NCBI GenBank assembly: GCA_963666565.1
Contig: OY762911.1
Coordinates: 736,001 to 800,000 of the forward strand
Source: Thermoanaerobaculia bacterium
GTDB lineage: Bacteria > Acidobacteriota > Thermoanaerobaculia > Multivoradales > Multivoraceae
Reading direction: 5' to 3'
Length of the DNA stretch: 64,000 nucleotides
The notes below the pieces were generated by a model. The model worked only from the letters and a program-made list of their open reading frames with translations, was not told the DNA's origin and made no database searches. Each line of letters starts with the position of its first letter. Position 1 is the stretch's first letter. The position numbers and the translations under genes are program-made. Below, piece after piece: positions 35,782 through 47,482 of this stretch.

Positions 35782-36450
35782 TCAGGAGAGCAGTTGGCCC
35801 GCCCTCACGGTCAACTCGTCGAGCCTGGCGCCGAGTTCGATCCGCGCTTCCTCGCGCTCAGCGGGCGTCGTCCTGCGCTCGAGCGCCATCGGTTCGCCGA
35901 CCGCGACCGCCACGCGGGTGAAGGGCGCGCCGACGTTCAAGCGGTCCCAGCTTCGCACCCTGAATCCGCGGGCGGCGGCGATGCCGGCGGGGACGATCGG
36001 CGCGCCCGACGTCGCCGCAAGCGCGATGCCGCCGGGCTTGGCCTCGCGGGCCGGCCCGCGCGGACCGTCGGGCATGAGGAGCAGGGTCGACCGGTGCCTG
36101 CGGAGCTCGCCGTAGAGGTGGAGGGCCGCGTCGCGGCCGCCCCGCGAGGTCGAGCCGCGGGTGACGCGGATGCCCCAGGCTCGGCCGATCCGCGCCGACA
36201 GCTCGCCGTCGGCGGAGTGGCTGGCGAGGATGGACACCGGTCCGCCGGCCGGCAGCAGGAACCTGCGCACCAGCAGCAGGGAGAGCATCGTCTGCTCGTG
36301 CCAGCAGGCAAGCATCGCCGGCGGCTGCAACGCCCGCTCCAGGTGTTCGCGGCCCTCAAGGCGGCGAAGGCGCCAGGTCGCCGAGAGCGCCTGAGAGAAG
36401 AACCGCGCCGCCAAAGCGGCAACCGGCAACGCAGCGCCCCGAACCTTCAC
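35782..36450 (-). CDS. DUF374 lysophospholipid acyltransferase-like protein
   Basis: ACWHEQ, LASHSADGEL, RGSTSRGG, MPDGPRGP, SWDR...PF; start obscured by a REP array. Confidence 0.88.
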   Translation of the reverse strand: MKVRGAALPVAALAARFFSQALSATWRLRRLEGREHLERALQPPAMLACWHEQTMLSLLLVRRFLLPAGGPVSILASHSADGELSARIGRAWGIRVTRGSTSRGGRDAALHLYGELRRHRSTLLLMPDGPRGPAREAKPGGIALAATSGAPIVPAGIAAARGFRVRSWDRLNVGAPFTRVAVAVGEPMALERRTTPAEREEARIELGARLDELTVRAGQLLS

Positions 36451-36670
36451 CACTGGGTGCGCGGGTCCCACTGGGTGCGCGGGTCTTCCGACCCGCATCC
36501 GGGCCACTGGGTGCGCGGGTCCTCTGACCCGCATCCGGGCCACTGGGTGCGCGGGTCCTCCGACCCGCATCCGCCCTGGGTGCGCGGGTCTTCCGACCCG
36601 CATCCGGGCTGGGCGCACGGCCCCCACTGGGTGCGCGGGTCCTCTGACCCGCATCCGCCGAAGGCGGCCA
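36451..36670. repeat. REP array (6 copies, mixed spacing)
   Basis: Direct copies, one truncated, lying over the expected 5' end of the DUF374 gene. Confidence 0.9.
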
Positions 36671-36702
36671 AAGAAACGGCCAGCCCGCTGCCGGCGCCCT
36701 CC

Positions 36703-38604
36703 TCACCCATGAAACTGCAAATCGTAAAGCCGCTTGTACGCGCCGCCCAGTTCCAGCAGCTCTTCGTGCGTCCCCTCCTCCACGATCGATCCCCGATCCA
36801 GCACCACGATCCGGTCGGCCCGCACCACCGTCGACAGCCTGTGCGCGATGACCAGCGCGGTCCGCCCCTCCATCAGGTTGTAGATCGCCCGCTGCACGAC
36901 CGCCTCCGACTCCGTGTCGAGGTGCGACGTCGCCTCGTCCAGAATCAGGATCGGCGCGTTCTTCAGCAGCGCCCGCGCGATCGCCAGCCGCTGCCGCTGG
37001 CCGCCGGACAGGTTCTGCCCGCCCTCGCCGACCACCGTGTCGTAGCCCTCCGGCATCGCCATGATGAAGTCGTCCGCGTAGGCGGCGGCCGCCGCCATCC
37101 GCACGTCCTCGAGCGGCAGGTCGTCGCGGCCGTAGGCGATGTTGTTCCGCACCGTGTCGTTGAACAGCACCGTCTCCTGGGTGACGATCCCGATCAGCGA
37201 CCGCAGGTTCCGAAGCGGCAGGGCGCGGATGTCGACCCCGTCGATCGACACCCTGCCCGCCACCGGGTCGAAGAAACGCGGCAGCAGGTTGACCAGCGTC
37301 GACTTCCCGGCGCCCGACGCGCCCACCAGGGCGACCACCTCGTCGCGATGGAGATCGAGCCGGATGCCGGAGAGCACCCCCTTGCCGTGCCCGGTGTCCT
37401 CGTAGTCGAAGGAGACGTCCTCAAAGCGGATGCCCCGCTCCAGCCCGGAGATCGGCGGCGCGGTGGGCCGGTCGACGATCTCGCTCTCGATCTGCATGAC
37501 GCCGTGGACCCGCCGGCTGCAAGCGACGGCTTCCTGGAGGACGAGGTTGACCTTGTTCAGCTTGCGGATCGGGTCGTACATGAGGAACAGCACGAGCAGG
37601 AACTGGAAGAACAGGCCGAAGGTCAGGCGGCCGTCGCGGATCATCAGGCCGGCGGAGATGACGAGCGCCGCGCCGCCGATGGCCGCGGTGGCTTCGATCA
37701 CCGGGCTCGAGAGGGTCGAAAGGAACTGGGCGCGGAGGTTGGCCAGCAGGTGGCCGCGGGTGGCGCCCTCGAAGCGCCGGCACTCGAACTCCTCCATGCC
37801 GAACGCCTTGACGACGCGGTTGCCGCGGATGCCTTCCGTCAGAAGCCCGGAGAGGTCGGCCATCCGCTCCTGGCTGCGGTAGCTCACCTTGCGCATGCCC
37901 TTGCCGAAGCGGGCCAGCAGGAACGCGAAGACCGGCGCCGCGAACAGCGACACGACCGCGAGGGTGAAATGGAGCGTGAGCAGCGTGCCGGCGTAGACGA
38001 ACAGCATGGCGACGGACATGAAGATGTCGAACAGCCTCGCCGAGACCGCGTTCTGGAGCTTCGAGATGTCGCTGACGACGCGGCTGTAGAGCTCGCCCGA
38101 AGTGAAGCGCTGGTGGAAGCGGCTCGACTGGTGGATGATGTGGCGATAGAGGTCGTTGCGGATGTCGGTCGTGACGCCCAGGCCGGCGCGCTGGAACGAG
38201 TAGCCCGACAGGAACGCCATGAGGCTCCGCAGCAGCACGACGAGCACCAGCAGAATCGGCGTGAAGAAGGCCTCGCGCCGCCCCTCGATCCCGAACCGGA
38301 TCTTCGCGTCTTCGTAGAGGCCGGCCGCCGCCGCCCGGAGGCGCCCGGTGAACCGCTCGACCGGCTCGAACAGGCCGCTCGCGGCCGGGTCGGCTTCCTC
38401 CGCCGGGCGCCCGACGCCCAGGCCGCCGATGGACACGCCTTCGAGGTCCTCGTCGCTGGCGAGAAGCACCTCCTCGAACATCGGGTTCATCAGCCCCACG
38501 AAGGCCAGCGTGGCGACGCTGAAGACCGCGATGGCGGCCAGAGCGAGCAGCCCCCAATGCACGTAGCGGCGGGCGTAATGAAGGAAGAAGGCGACCAGCT
38601 CCAT
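36703..38604 (-). CDS. msbA: MsbA-like ABC exporter (TMD + NBD)
   Basis: GASGAGKST, LSGGQRQR, ILDEATS, IAHRLST; next to DUF374. Confidence 0.85.
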   Translation of the reverse strand: MELVAFFLHYARRYVHWGLLALAAIAVFSVATLAFVGLMNPMFEEVLLASDEDLEGVSIGGLGVGRPAEEADPAASGLFEPVERFTGRLRAAAAGLYEDAKIRFGIEGRREAFFTPILLVLVVLLRSLMAFLSGYSFQRAGLGVTTDIRNDLYRHIIHQSSRFHQRFTSGELYSRVVSDISKLQNAVSARLFDIFMSVAMLFVYAGTLLTLHFTLAVVSLFAAPVFAFLLARFGKGMRKVSYRSQERMADLSGLLTEGIRGNRVVKAFGMEEFECRRFEGATRGHLLANLRAQFLSTLSSPVIEATAAIGGAALVISAGLMIRDGRLTFGLFFQFLLVLFLMYDPIRKLNKVNLVLQEAVACSRRVHGVMQIESEIVDRPTAPPISGLERGIRFEDVSFDYEDTGHGKGVLSGIRLDLHRDEVVALVGASGAGKSTLVNLLPRFFDPVAGRVSIDGVDIRALPLRNLRSLIGIVTQETVLFNDTVRNNIAYGRDDLPLEDVRMAAAAAYADDFIMAMPEGYDTVVGEGGQNLSGGQRQRLAIARALLKNAPILILDEATSHLDTESEAVVQRAIYNLMEGRTALVIAHRLSTVVRADRIVVLDRGSIVEEGTHEELLELGGAYKRLYDLQFHG

Positions 38605-38627
38605 GCCGGCGCAGCATACTTTGCGCT

Positions 38628-41070
<2,443 letters not shown>

Positions 41071-41108
41071 CGGCGGCCGCAGCGGGGCGTGGGCGTTAGG
41101 ATTTCGCC

Positions 41109-42491
41109 ATGACCGCCTCCCCCTGGGTCGTCGTCATCGACGACGAGGCCGGTTCCCGCCAGTCCATGGCGATCGCCCTGGAGCGGGCCGGGCTGCGCGT
41201 GCGCGTGTTCGACGACGCCGAACCGGCGCTCGCCTTCGTCGAGCGGGAACCGCGGGTGCGCCTCGCGGTCTGCGATCTGCGAATGCCGGGGATGGACGGG
41301 CTGGCCTTCCTGAACCGGGTGCGGGCCCAGGAGCTCGACCTGGCCGTCATCCTGGTGACCGGGTTCGGCACGATCGAGTCCGCCGTCGAGGCGATGCGGG
41401 TCGGCGCCGACGACTACCTGACCAAGCCGGTCGACCTCTACGAGCTGCGGAGCCGCGTCCTCAAGCTGATCGAGAACTGGCAGTTGCGCGACGAGGTGAC
41501 GAACCTGCGCGAGATGCTCGACGAGCGGTTCGGGTTCGACGCCATCGTGGGCCGGTCGGCGGCGATGGAGCAGTTGTTCCAGCAGATGCGCCAGGTCGCG
41601 CCGAGCCGCGCGTCGGTGCTGATCCTGGGCGAAAGCGGCACCGGCAAGGAACTCGTGGCGAAGGCGCTGCACCAGGCGAGCTCGCGCAGCCAGGAGAGGT
41701 TCCTGGCGCTCAACTGCGGCGCCATCCCGAACGAGATCCTGGAGAGCGAACTGTTCGGGCACGAGAGGGGATCGTTCACCGGCGCGGTGAGCCGCAAGAT
41801 CGGCAAGTTCGAGCTGGCGGCGCGCGGCACGCTGTTCCTGGACGAGATCAGCGAGCTGATCCCGGAACTCCAGGTCAAGCTGCTGCGGGTGCTGGAAGAG
41901 CGGCAGATCATGCGGGTCGGCGGCAGCAGGACGATCGACATCGACTTCCGGCTGCTCGCGGCCACGAACCGCAACCTGGAGGAGGCGGTCGAGAAGGGCG
42001 CCTTCCGGGAGGACCTCTACTACCGGCTCAAGGTCGTGATTCTGCGGATTCCGCCGCTGCGGGAACGCCTCGACGACCTGCCGCTGCTCGCCGACCACTT
42101 CCTGCGGGAGTTCGCGAACCGCGAGGGCAAGCCGGAGATGCAGCTCTCGGGCAGGGCCCTCTCGTGCCTCGCCCGGAACCGCTGGCAGGGCAACGTGCGG
42201 GAACTGCGGAACGTGCTGGAGACGGTCGCGGTCTTCCACGACGGCGGCCGGATCGAGGTCGGCGATCTGCCCGAGGAGATTCGCCAGGCCGCCGAAGCGC
42301 CGGCCGAAGCGGCCGTCCAGACCGCCTTCGGCGAACCGCGGACGATGGCCGAGATCGAGCGCCGGGCGATCCTGCAGACGCTGGACCGCACCGGCGGCAA
42401 GCGGGCCGAAGCGGCGCGGGTGCTGGGAATCGGCGTGCGGACGCTGCAGCGGAAGCTGAAGGACTACCGCGAGAAGGGGCTGGTGCAGTGA
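41109..42491 (+). CDS. Sigma54-dependent response regulator (NtrC/AtoC family)
   Basis: REC DLRMPGMDG, GESGTGKE, ELFGHERGSFTGA, WQGNVREL, Fis-type HTH. Confidence 0.95.
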   Translation: MTASPWVVVIDDEAGSRQSMAIALERAGLRVRVFDDAEPALAFVEREPRVRLAVCDLRMPGMDGLAFLNRVRAQELDLAVILVTGFGTIESAVEAMRVGADDYLTKPVDLYELRSRVLKLIENWQLRDEVTNLREMLDERFGFDAIVGRSAAMEQLFQQMRQVAPSRASVLILGESGTGKELVAKALHQASSRSQERFLALNCGAIPNEILESELFGHERGSFTGAVSRKIGKFELAARGTLFLDEISELIPELQVKLLRVLEERQIMRVGGSRTIDIDFRLLAATNRNLEEAVEKGAFREDLYYRLKVVILRIPPLRERLDDLPLLADHFLREFANREGKPEMQLSGRALSCLARNRWQGNVRELRNVLETVAVFHDGGRIEVGDLPEEIRQAAEAPAEAAVQTAFGEPRTMAEIERRAILQTLDRTGGKRAEAARVLGIGVRTLQRKLKDYREKGLVQ

Positions 42492-42555
42492 TAGCGGCCA
42501 GAAGGTCCGCCCATGAGGTTTGGGCTGAAACTGACGCAGCCCTCATCCCCCGGGC

Positions 42556-43089
42556 TCAACGAACCTTCGATAGTTCTCTCTTCACGCCCTCTTTGAAGTC
42601 GCCCACGCGGACCCGGCTATCCTCTACGGCCTTGGCCAGTAGCTGTCTAACCTGCTTGCGCCGAATCCTGCGGAGCCTCCCGTCCTCTATCGCACTCACA
42701 ACGAGAGAAGCAACCTTGCCTAGACGTTGGTAGTCAAGATGGCTGACATCAACATGGCGTCCAACGAGATCCTCTATCGTGGTATCTCCTCGACTCTCGC
42801 CAAACTGCAGGCCGACTGACTGAAAGTCCTCGTCTGGAAGCCAGACCACGACCAGCGTTTCTACGTGGTCACTCGCCGCCGCCATCGCGAGCGCAGCCTC
42901 CTCTACCTCCTCCTTGGAACCGTCGCCGCAACGCCAGAAGGACAGGGCGTTTTCCCGAGTCCTAAGGTCAATCGTAACGGCGTCCGCCGGGATCTCGCCT
43001 GGCGACCACCCGCTGTCTGTACCCGTTCGCCACTTCGCCTCGCTGATCTTCCGGGCCACAAACATCGCCCTACTCGTCCGCATCCTCAA
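42556..43089 (-). CDS. Hypothetical protein, RES/ART-like candidate
   Basis: RKIS..KW, ADAVTIDLRTRENALSFW, GDT....L...HVD pattern; lower GC. Confidence 0.6.
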   Translation of the reverse strand: MRMRTSRAMFVARKISEAKWRTGTDSGWSPGEIPADAVTIDLRTRENALSFWRCGDGSKEEVEEAALAMAAASDHVETLVVVWLPDEDFQSVGLQFGESRGDTTIEDLVGRHVDVSHLDYQRLGKVASLVVSAIEDGRLRRIRRKQVRQLLAKAVEDSRVRVGDFKEGVKRELSKVR

Positions 43090-43702
43090 TCACGTCCCCA
43101 ATGTACTCGCGGAGCCATGACTCAGGCTCACGGTGTGCCTTGAGGATCGAGCACACACCAGCCTCTTCCCAGACCTCGGCCAACTGCACCGCAGTCTCCC
43201 TAACTTCGGCGTCACCCTCTCTCAAGCAGTCCCGCACGAGCGCCAGACGCCAAGCCCGGCTGCCGGGCCGCTCTTCCTGCCGACCCAAACAGCGCATAAG
43301 GGACGCCGCGAAGTTCGGTCTGCTGCCATCAAGGCAGACGCCTCGCAGAACTTCAAGTGCTTGGCCAGAGTCCGAGGCCAAGATCTCCTTCACCGTGGAC
43401 TCCGCGGAGTGCGCTACGCCAGCTACCAACGGCTCCGCATCCAAGGCCGACCACAACCTCGCCTCTATCTCCCGTCTCTCTTGCGAGTCCCACAGCGACC
43501 CCCGGAGTGCCTGCGACGCGAATCCAGCAACGTCAACCAACATCGGAAAGAGGCTTGCCTGAGAGCGCGGCTGAATCTCCACTGCCCAAGTTCCGTCGAT
43601 GTAGAGCCGCCGGGCCAGTTCTAGGCGCGACTTCTGCAACGAAGCTGCGTCGAAGCAAGCCGCCAAGGACTCTCTTACTTGTCGTCCCATTTCAACCGCC
43701 AT
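43070..43702 (-). CDS. Hypothetical protein with C-terminal HEAT-like repeat
   Basis: L.EGDAEVRETAVQLAEVW...L.AHREPESWLREYI; overlaps both neighbours. Confidence 0.65.
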   Translation of the reverse strand: MAVEMGRQVRESLAACFDAASLQKSRLELARRLYIDGTWAVEIQPRSQASLFPMLVDVAGFASQALRGSLWDSQERREIEARLWSALDAEPLVAGVAHSAESTVKEILASDSGQALEVLRGVCLDGSRPNFAASLMRCLGRQEERPGSRAWRLALVRDCLREGDAEVRETAVQLAEVWEEAGVCSILKAHREPESWLREYIGDVIEDADE

Positions 43703-44462
43703 CAAAAAGCCTCCTGGCTCTCTCAGTAATAGCTGCCTCGAATGCCTCACGCTCGCGGACGCGAAGAGCGCGCGCCCGATTCAGAGCTTCTTCCTGGCCA
43801 ACAGGATTCTGACTCTCCCAAGTGACGTCCAAATCAAGCATGAGACCTACTCTGCCCGGCCCTGCCTCTACGGAGCCCTGTACCAGTGCGATTCTCACGC
43901 CGTCGCCATGGAGATACTCAACGCGGCTGAACACTGACCTAACCGCTCCCGAAAGGCCCTCCACGACAGGTAAGGCAGTCTTCAGGTAATCGCTCATTTC
44001 TGACAGGTCGGGAACAACGATCTTGTTTATGTAGCGCACGCCGATCCGAGACACGCCGTTCGGCTGTGCTACCTCCCAGTACGCCGAAAGAGCGCGGTGA
44101 ATTCGAGGTTCAAATTCCCGCCAGCCACCTTCTTCCTCTTGAGACGGATCTTGATAAGGTCGAAGCATATGCACGCTGAGAACCTCCGGCCCCACCCCGA
44201 CTAACCTGTCTCCAACCTCCGTCAAGAACTGAACCTTGGCCAGGTGTTGGGAGAGATCCAGGTTGGGAGGCCGGTTGTCCCCACGGATTTCCAGGTTGGC
44301 TTCGACAACCCTCTGCTCCCGAGGTTTGCCGCAGTACTCGTCTCGGAGTTTCTCATGGAGTTTTCCGGGAAGTGTCAGATCCCACTCTTGGCTTGGTTCG
44401 AATCGGAACTCGCAGAGTGCTTCCTCAATGGGTGGATTTCTATAACGGCGGCGCTCTACCAT
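43692..44462 (-). CDS. TIGR04255 family protein
   Basis: YRNPPIEEALCEFRF, SRIGVRYINKI, LDLDV, FEAAITE. Confidence 0.88.
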   Translation of the reverse strand: MVERRRYRNPPIEEALCEFRFEPSQEWDLTLPGKLHEKLRDEYCGKPREQRVVEANLEIRGDNRPPNLDLSQHLAKVQFLTEVGDRLVGVGPEVLSVHMLRPYQDPSQEEEGGWREFEPRIHRALSAYWEVAQPNGVSRIGVRYINKIVVPDLSEMSDYLKTALPVVEGLSGAVRSVFSRVEYLHGDGVRIALVQGSVEAGPGRVGLMLDLDVTWESQNPVGQEEALNRARALRVREREAFEAAITERARRLFDGG

Positions 44463-45099
44463 CGGCTCGTCCTGCTGCTAACCTCAGTGCCAAGGACCTG
44501 ACCATGTTCCAACGGCCAGCGCTCAATCGACCAAGGCGCCGCTACCTTGTCGTACCGGCGCCGAGCCGGCGTCATGGTCCCGTAGGCCCCTCGACGGCGA
44601 CAAGCTAGCGACGCGCGCTGCCAGGGACGCCAAAGCTGGTCCGCTTCGCCCATCGAGCCGAAAGGCGGAATCGCCGCAGGCACATGAACAGCCAAGAAAG
44701 TACAAAGTGCTTCTGCCGTCCCGTCGAGGTAGCCGCGCCGCGTAGGCTCGGCGCCAAAAGTGCCGGACGCCAACGTGGATCTACTGGGGGAGGCCGAGTA
44801 CATAGGCGCGAACGCAGGCTTGACAAGGAGCAACGCCACCACCTTGGTCCGCACTCCATGGTCAATCGCGCACGACGATCTCGAGCAACTCAACGCGGGT
44901 CCGACCTCACGTCGCGACCGAACAGAGACTCCCGAGTTGTCCAATGCTACTCCTCTCCACTCCGCGCGCCCAGTAATCTCGCCGGCCTCTAGCCTCGGCT
45001 GATGAGCCTTGGGCCGAATCAGGCGCACCGACCTTATAGCACGGCGGCTATCGCGCGCACTTGGCCCGCCGCACAGCCCGCAGCCGCTAGGATGTCTCG

Positions 45100-45858
45100 G
45101 TGAGCGAGGGACAGGCGGTACGAGACGTGCGTGCAAGGGTGCCTCAGCTCTCCGTCAACGTCGACCACGTCGCGACCCTGCGGCAGGCTCGACTTGCCGG
45201 CTATCCGAGCCCCCTGGCGGCCGCCCGGCTCGCCGAGGAAGCCGGCGCTTTCGGGATCACCGTGCATCTACGCCAGGACCGCCGCCACATTCAGGACCAG
45301 GACGTCGTCGGCCTCCGCGAGACGGTCAAGGGCCGTCTCAACCTAGAGATCGCGGCCGAGGAGTCGATGCTCCAGTTCGCGGAGCGGGTGCGACCCGACC
45401 AGGCGACGCTCGTGCCAGAGCGGCCGGACGAGGTAACGACGGAGGGCGGGCTCGATCTGGTCGGACGCGACGAGCAGATGCGCCGCGCCGCCAGCCGCCT
45501 GCGCGCCGCGGGCATCCGCGTCGCCGTCTTCGTCGATCCCGACCTGACGCAGCTAGCGGCTCTCGACGATCAGGACGATGTGAGCGGTTTCGAGTTGAAC
45601 ACCGACGCCTACACGCGCGCCTCGGGCGCCGACGCGGACGCCGAGTTCGCGAAGATCGAAGCGGCGGCCGAGCGTGGCCTCGCGACGGGCCGGGAGGCGT
45701 ACGCGGGACACGGTCTGACCGTCGCCAACGTCGGCCGGGTCGCGGCGGTCGCCGGAATCAGTGAGCTGAACATCGGCCACTCGATCGTGTCGCGGGCGGT
45801 GCTGGTCGGGATGCCGGCGGCGGTCGCGGAGATGTTGGAGGCGATGCGCGCGGGTTGA
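45100..45858 (+). CDS. pdxJ: Pyridoxine 5'-phosphate synthase
   Basis: LSVNVDHVATLRQAR, ITVHLRQDRRHI, TLVPE...VTTEGGLD, AGHGL, ELNIGHSI. Confidence 0.96.
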   Translation: MSEGQAVRDVRARVPQLSVNVDHVATLRQARLAGYPSPLAAARLAEEAGAFGITVHLRQDRRHIQDQDVVGLRETVKGRLNLEIAAEESMLQFAERVRPDQATLVPERPDEVTTEGGLDLVGRDEQMRRAASRLRAAGIRVAVFVDPDLTQLAALDDQDDVSGFELNTDAYTRASGADADAEFAKIEAAAERGLATGREAYAGHGLTVANVGRVAAVAGISELNIGHSIVSRAVLVGMPAAVAEMLEAMRAG

Positions 45859-45940
45859 GCGGCTCGGGCTCGCCGCTTCGCGGCGCCGCCCCAGAGCGGG
45901 TCGGAAGACCCGCGCACCCAGCGCACGCACCCAGCAGCGG

Positions 45941-47482
45941 TCAGGCGCCGAGTTCGGCTTCGATGACGCGGGCGATGCGGCCGCAGAGTTCTTCGATCCG
46001 GTCCTGGTCCGGCCCCTCGATCATCACCCGGGCCAGCGCCTCCGTGCCGCTGTAGCGAAGCAGGACCCGCCCCGAGGTTCCGAGTTCCCGCTCTACCGAG
46101 GCGACGGCTTCGCTCAACCCGGGGACGCTCTCGAGCGGCTGCTTCTCGCGCACGCGGACGTTCCGCAGAGTCTGCGGGAAGCGGCGGAAGCCGGCAGCCA
46201 GAGCGTCGAGCGGGCGGCCGGCCGCGGCGACGATCCCGGCCACGACGGCCGCGGTGAGCAGGCCGTCGCCGGTCGTACCGAGGTCGAGATCGACCAGGTG
46301 GCCCGACTGCTCGCCGCCGAGGCGGATGCCTTCGCGCCGCATTGCCTCGACCACCTCGCGGTCGCCGACGCCGCAGCGGACCACGCCGACGCTCGCGGCC
46401 TCGAGCGCCTTCTCCAGGCCCATGTTCGACATCGTCGTGGCGACGATGCGGCGGCCCGGCAGTTCGCCGCGCGCCGCGAGGTGCGAGGCCCAGACGTAGA
46501 GCAGGACGTCGCCGTCGCAGACGCGCCCCTGGCGATCGCACAGCAACGCGCGGTCGGCGTCGCCGTCGAGGGCGACGCCCAGGTCGCTGCCGGTGGCGCG
46601 AGTGAAGGCGGCGATGCGCTCCGTGCAGGTCGAGCCGCAGTCGAGGTTGATGTTCCGGCCGTCCGGCCGGTCGCTGGTGACGCGGCACTCGGCGCCGAGG
46701 CCGGCGAACAGCCGCTCGGCGTACGGCGCGCCGGCGCCGTTCGCGGCGTCGACGGCGATCCGCAGGCCGGCCAGGGGGCGGTCTCCCGGAAGCGAGGCCG
46801 CCAGTTGTTCCAGGTAGCGATCGGCGAGTTCGGGCTCGTCGTGGAGGGCGTCGTCCGCGGGCCGATCGTGTTGGCGGTCGGCCTTCGGCCGGCGCATTCC
46901 GGCCGCCTTCGGCGGCAGCGGGTCAGAGGACCCGCGCACCCAGTCTTCGATCGCCCGCTCGACGGCGGGACCCACCTTGAAGCCGTCCGCTCCGATCAGC
47001 TTGACGCCGTTGTCGGTGTGCGGGTTGTGGCTGGCCGAGATGACGATGCCCCCGGCGGCGCCCAGCTCGGTGACCAGGAACGCCACCGCCGGCGTGGGCA
47101 CGACGCCGGCCGAGCGCACCTCGCAGCCGGCGGCGCGGATGGCGGCGGCGAGCCAGCCGGCGATTTCGGTGCGGCTGGCGCGGGTGTCGCCGCCGAGGAT
47201 GAGGAGTGGCGCCGGTCTTCGACCGGCGGTTCTGTTGGCCGCCTCCGCCGGCAGCGGGTCAGAATCCGGCACCCAATGCGGGTCGGAACCCGGCTGGCGC
47301 GCTCCCGCGCCAGCCGCGTCACAGTCCGAGCGCCCGTCATCGGGCGGTCGGATGTCAGACCCGCGCACCCAGCCACACAGGCGGGCGAAGCGGTAGCCGA
47401 CCGCCTGGACGGTCGCCCGGTCGAGCGGCGGCGTGCCGAAGACGGCGCGCATGCCGTCCGTGCCGAAGAGCCTGCCGGTCAA
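45941..47482 (-). CDS. glmM: Phosphoglucosamine mutase with two in-frame REP insertions
   Basis: LFGTDG, GDTR, ISASHNP, LDGDADR, GGEQSGH, RYSGTE. Confidence 0.95.
   Translation of the reverse strand: MTGRLFGTDGMRAVFGTPPLDRATVQAVGYRFARLCGWVRGSDIRPPDDGRSDCDAAGAGARQPGSDPHWVPDSDPLPAEAANRTAGRRPAPLLILGGDTRASRTEIAGWLAAAIRAAGCEVRSAGVVPTPAVAFLVTELGAAGGIVISASHNPHTDNGVKLIGADGFKVGPAVERAIEDWVRGSSDPLPPKAAGMRRPKADRQHDRPADDALHDEPELADRYLEQLAASLPGDRPLAGLRIAVDAANGAGAPYAERLFAGLGAECRVTSDRPDGRNINLDCGSTCTERIAAFTRATGSDLGVALDGDADRALLCDRQGRVCDGDVLLYVWASHLAARGELPGRRIVATTMSNMGLEKALEAASVGVVRCGVGDREVVEAMRREGIRLGGEQSGHLVDLDLGTTGDGLLTAAVVAGIVAAAGRPLDALAAGFRRFPQTLRNVRVREKQPLESVPGLSEAVASVERELGTSGRVLLRYSGTEALARVMIEGPDQDRIEELCGRIARVIEAELGA

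Noticed and set aside
44684-45002. Short ORFs upstream of pdxJ
   Set aside because: No recognisable motif or RBS; possibly a gene remnant but not supportable.
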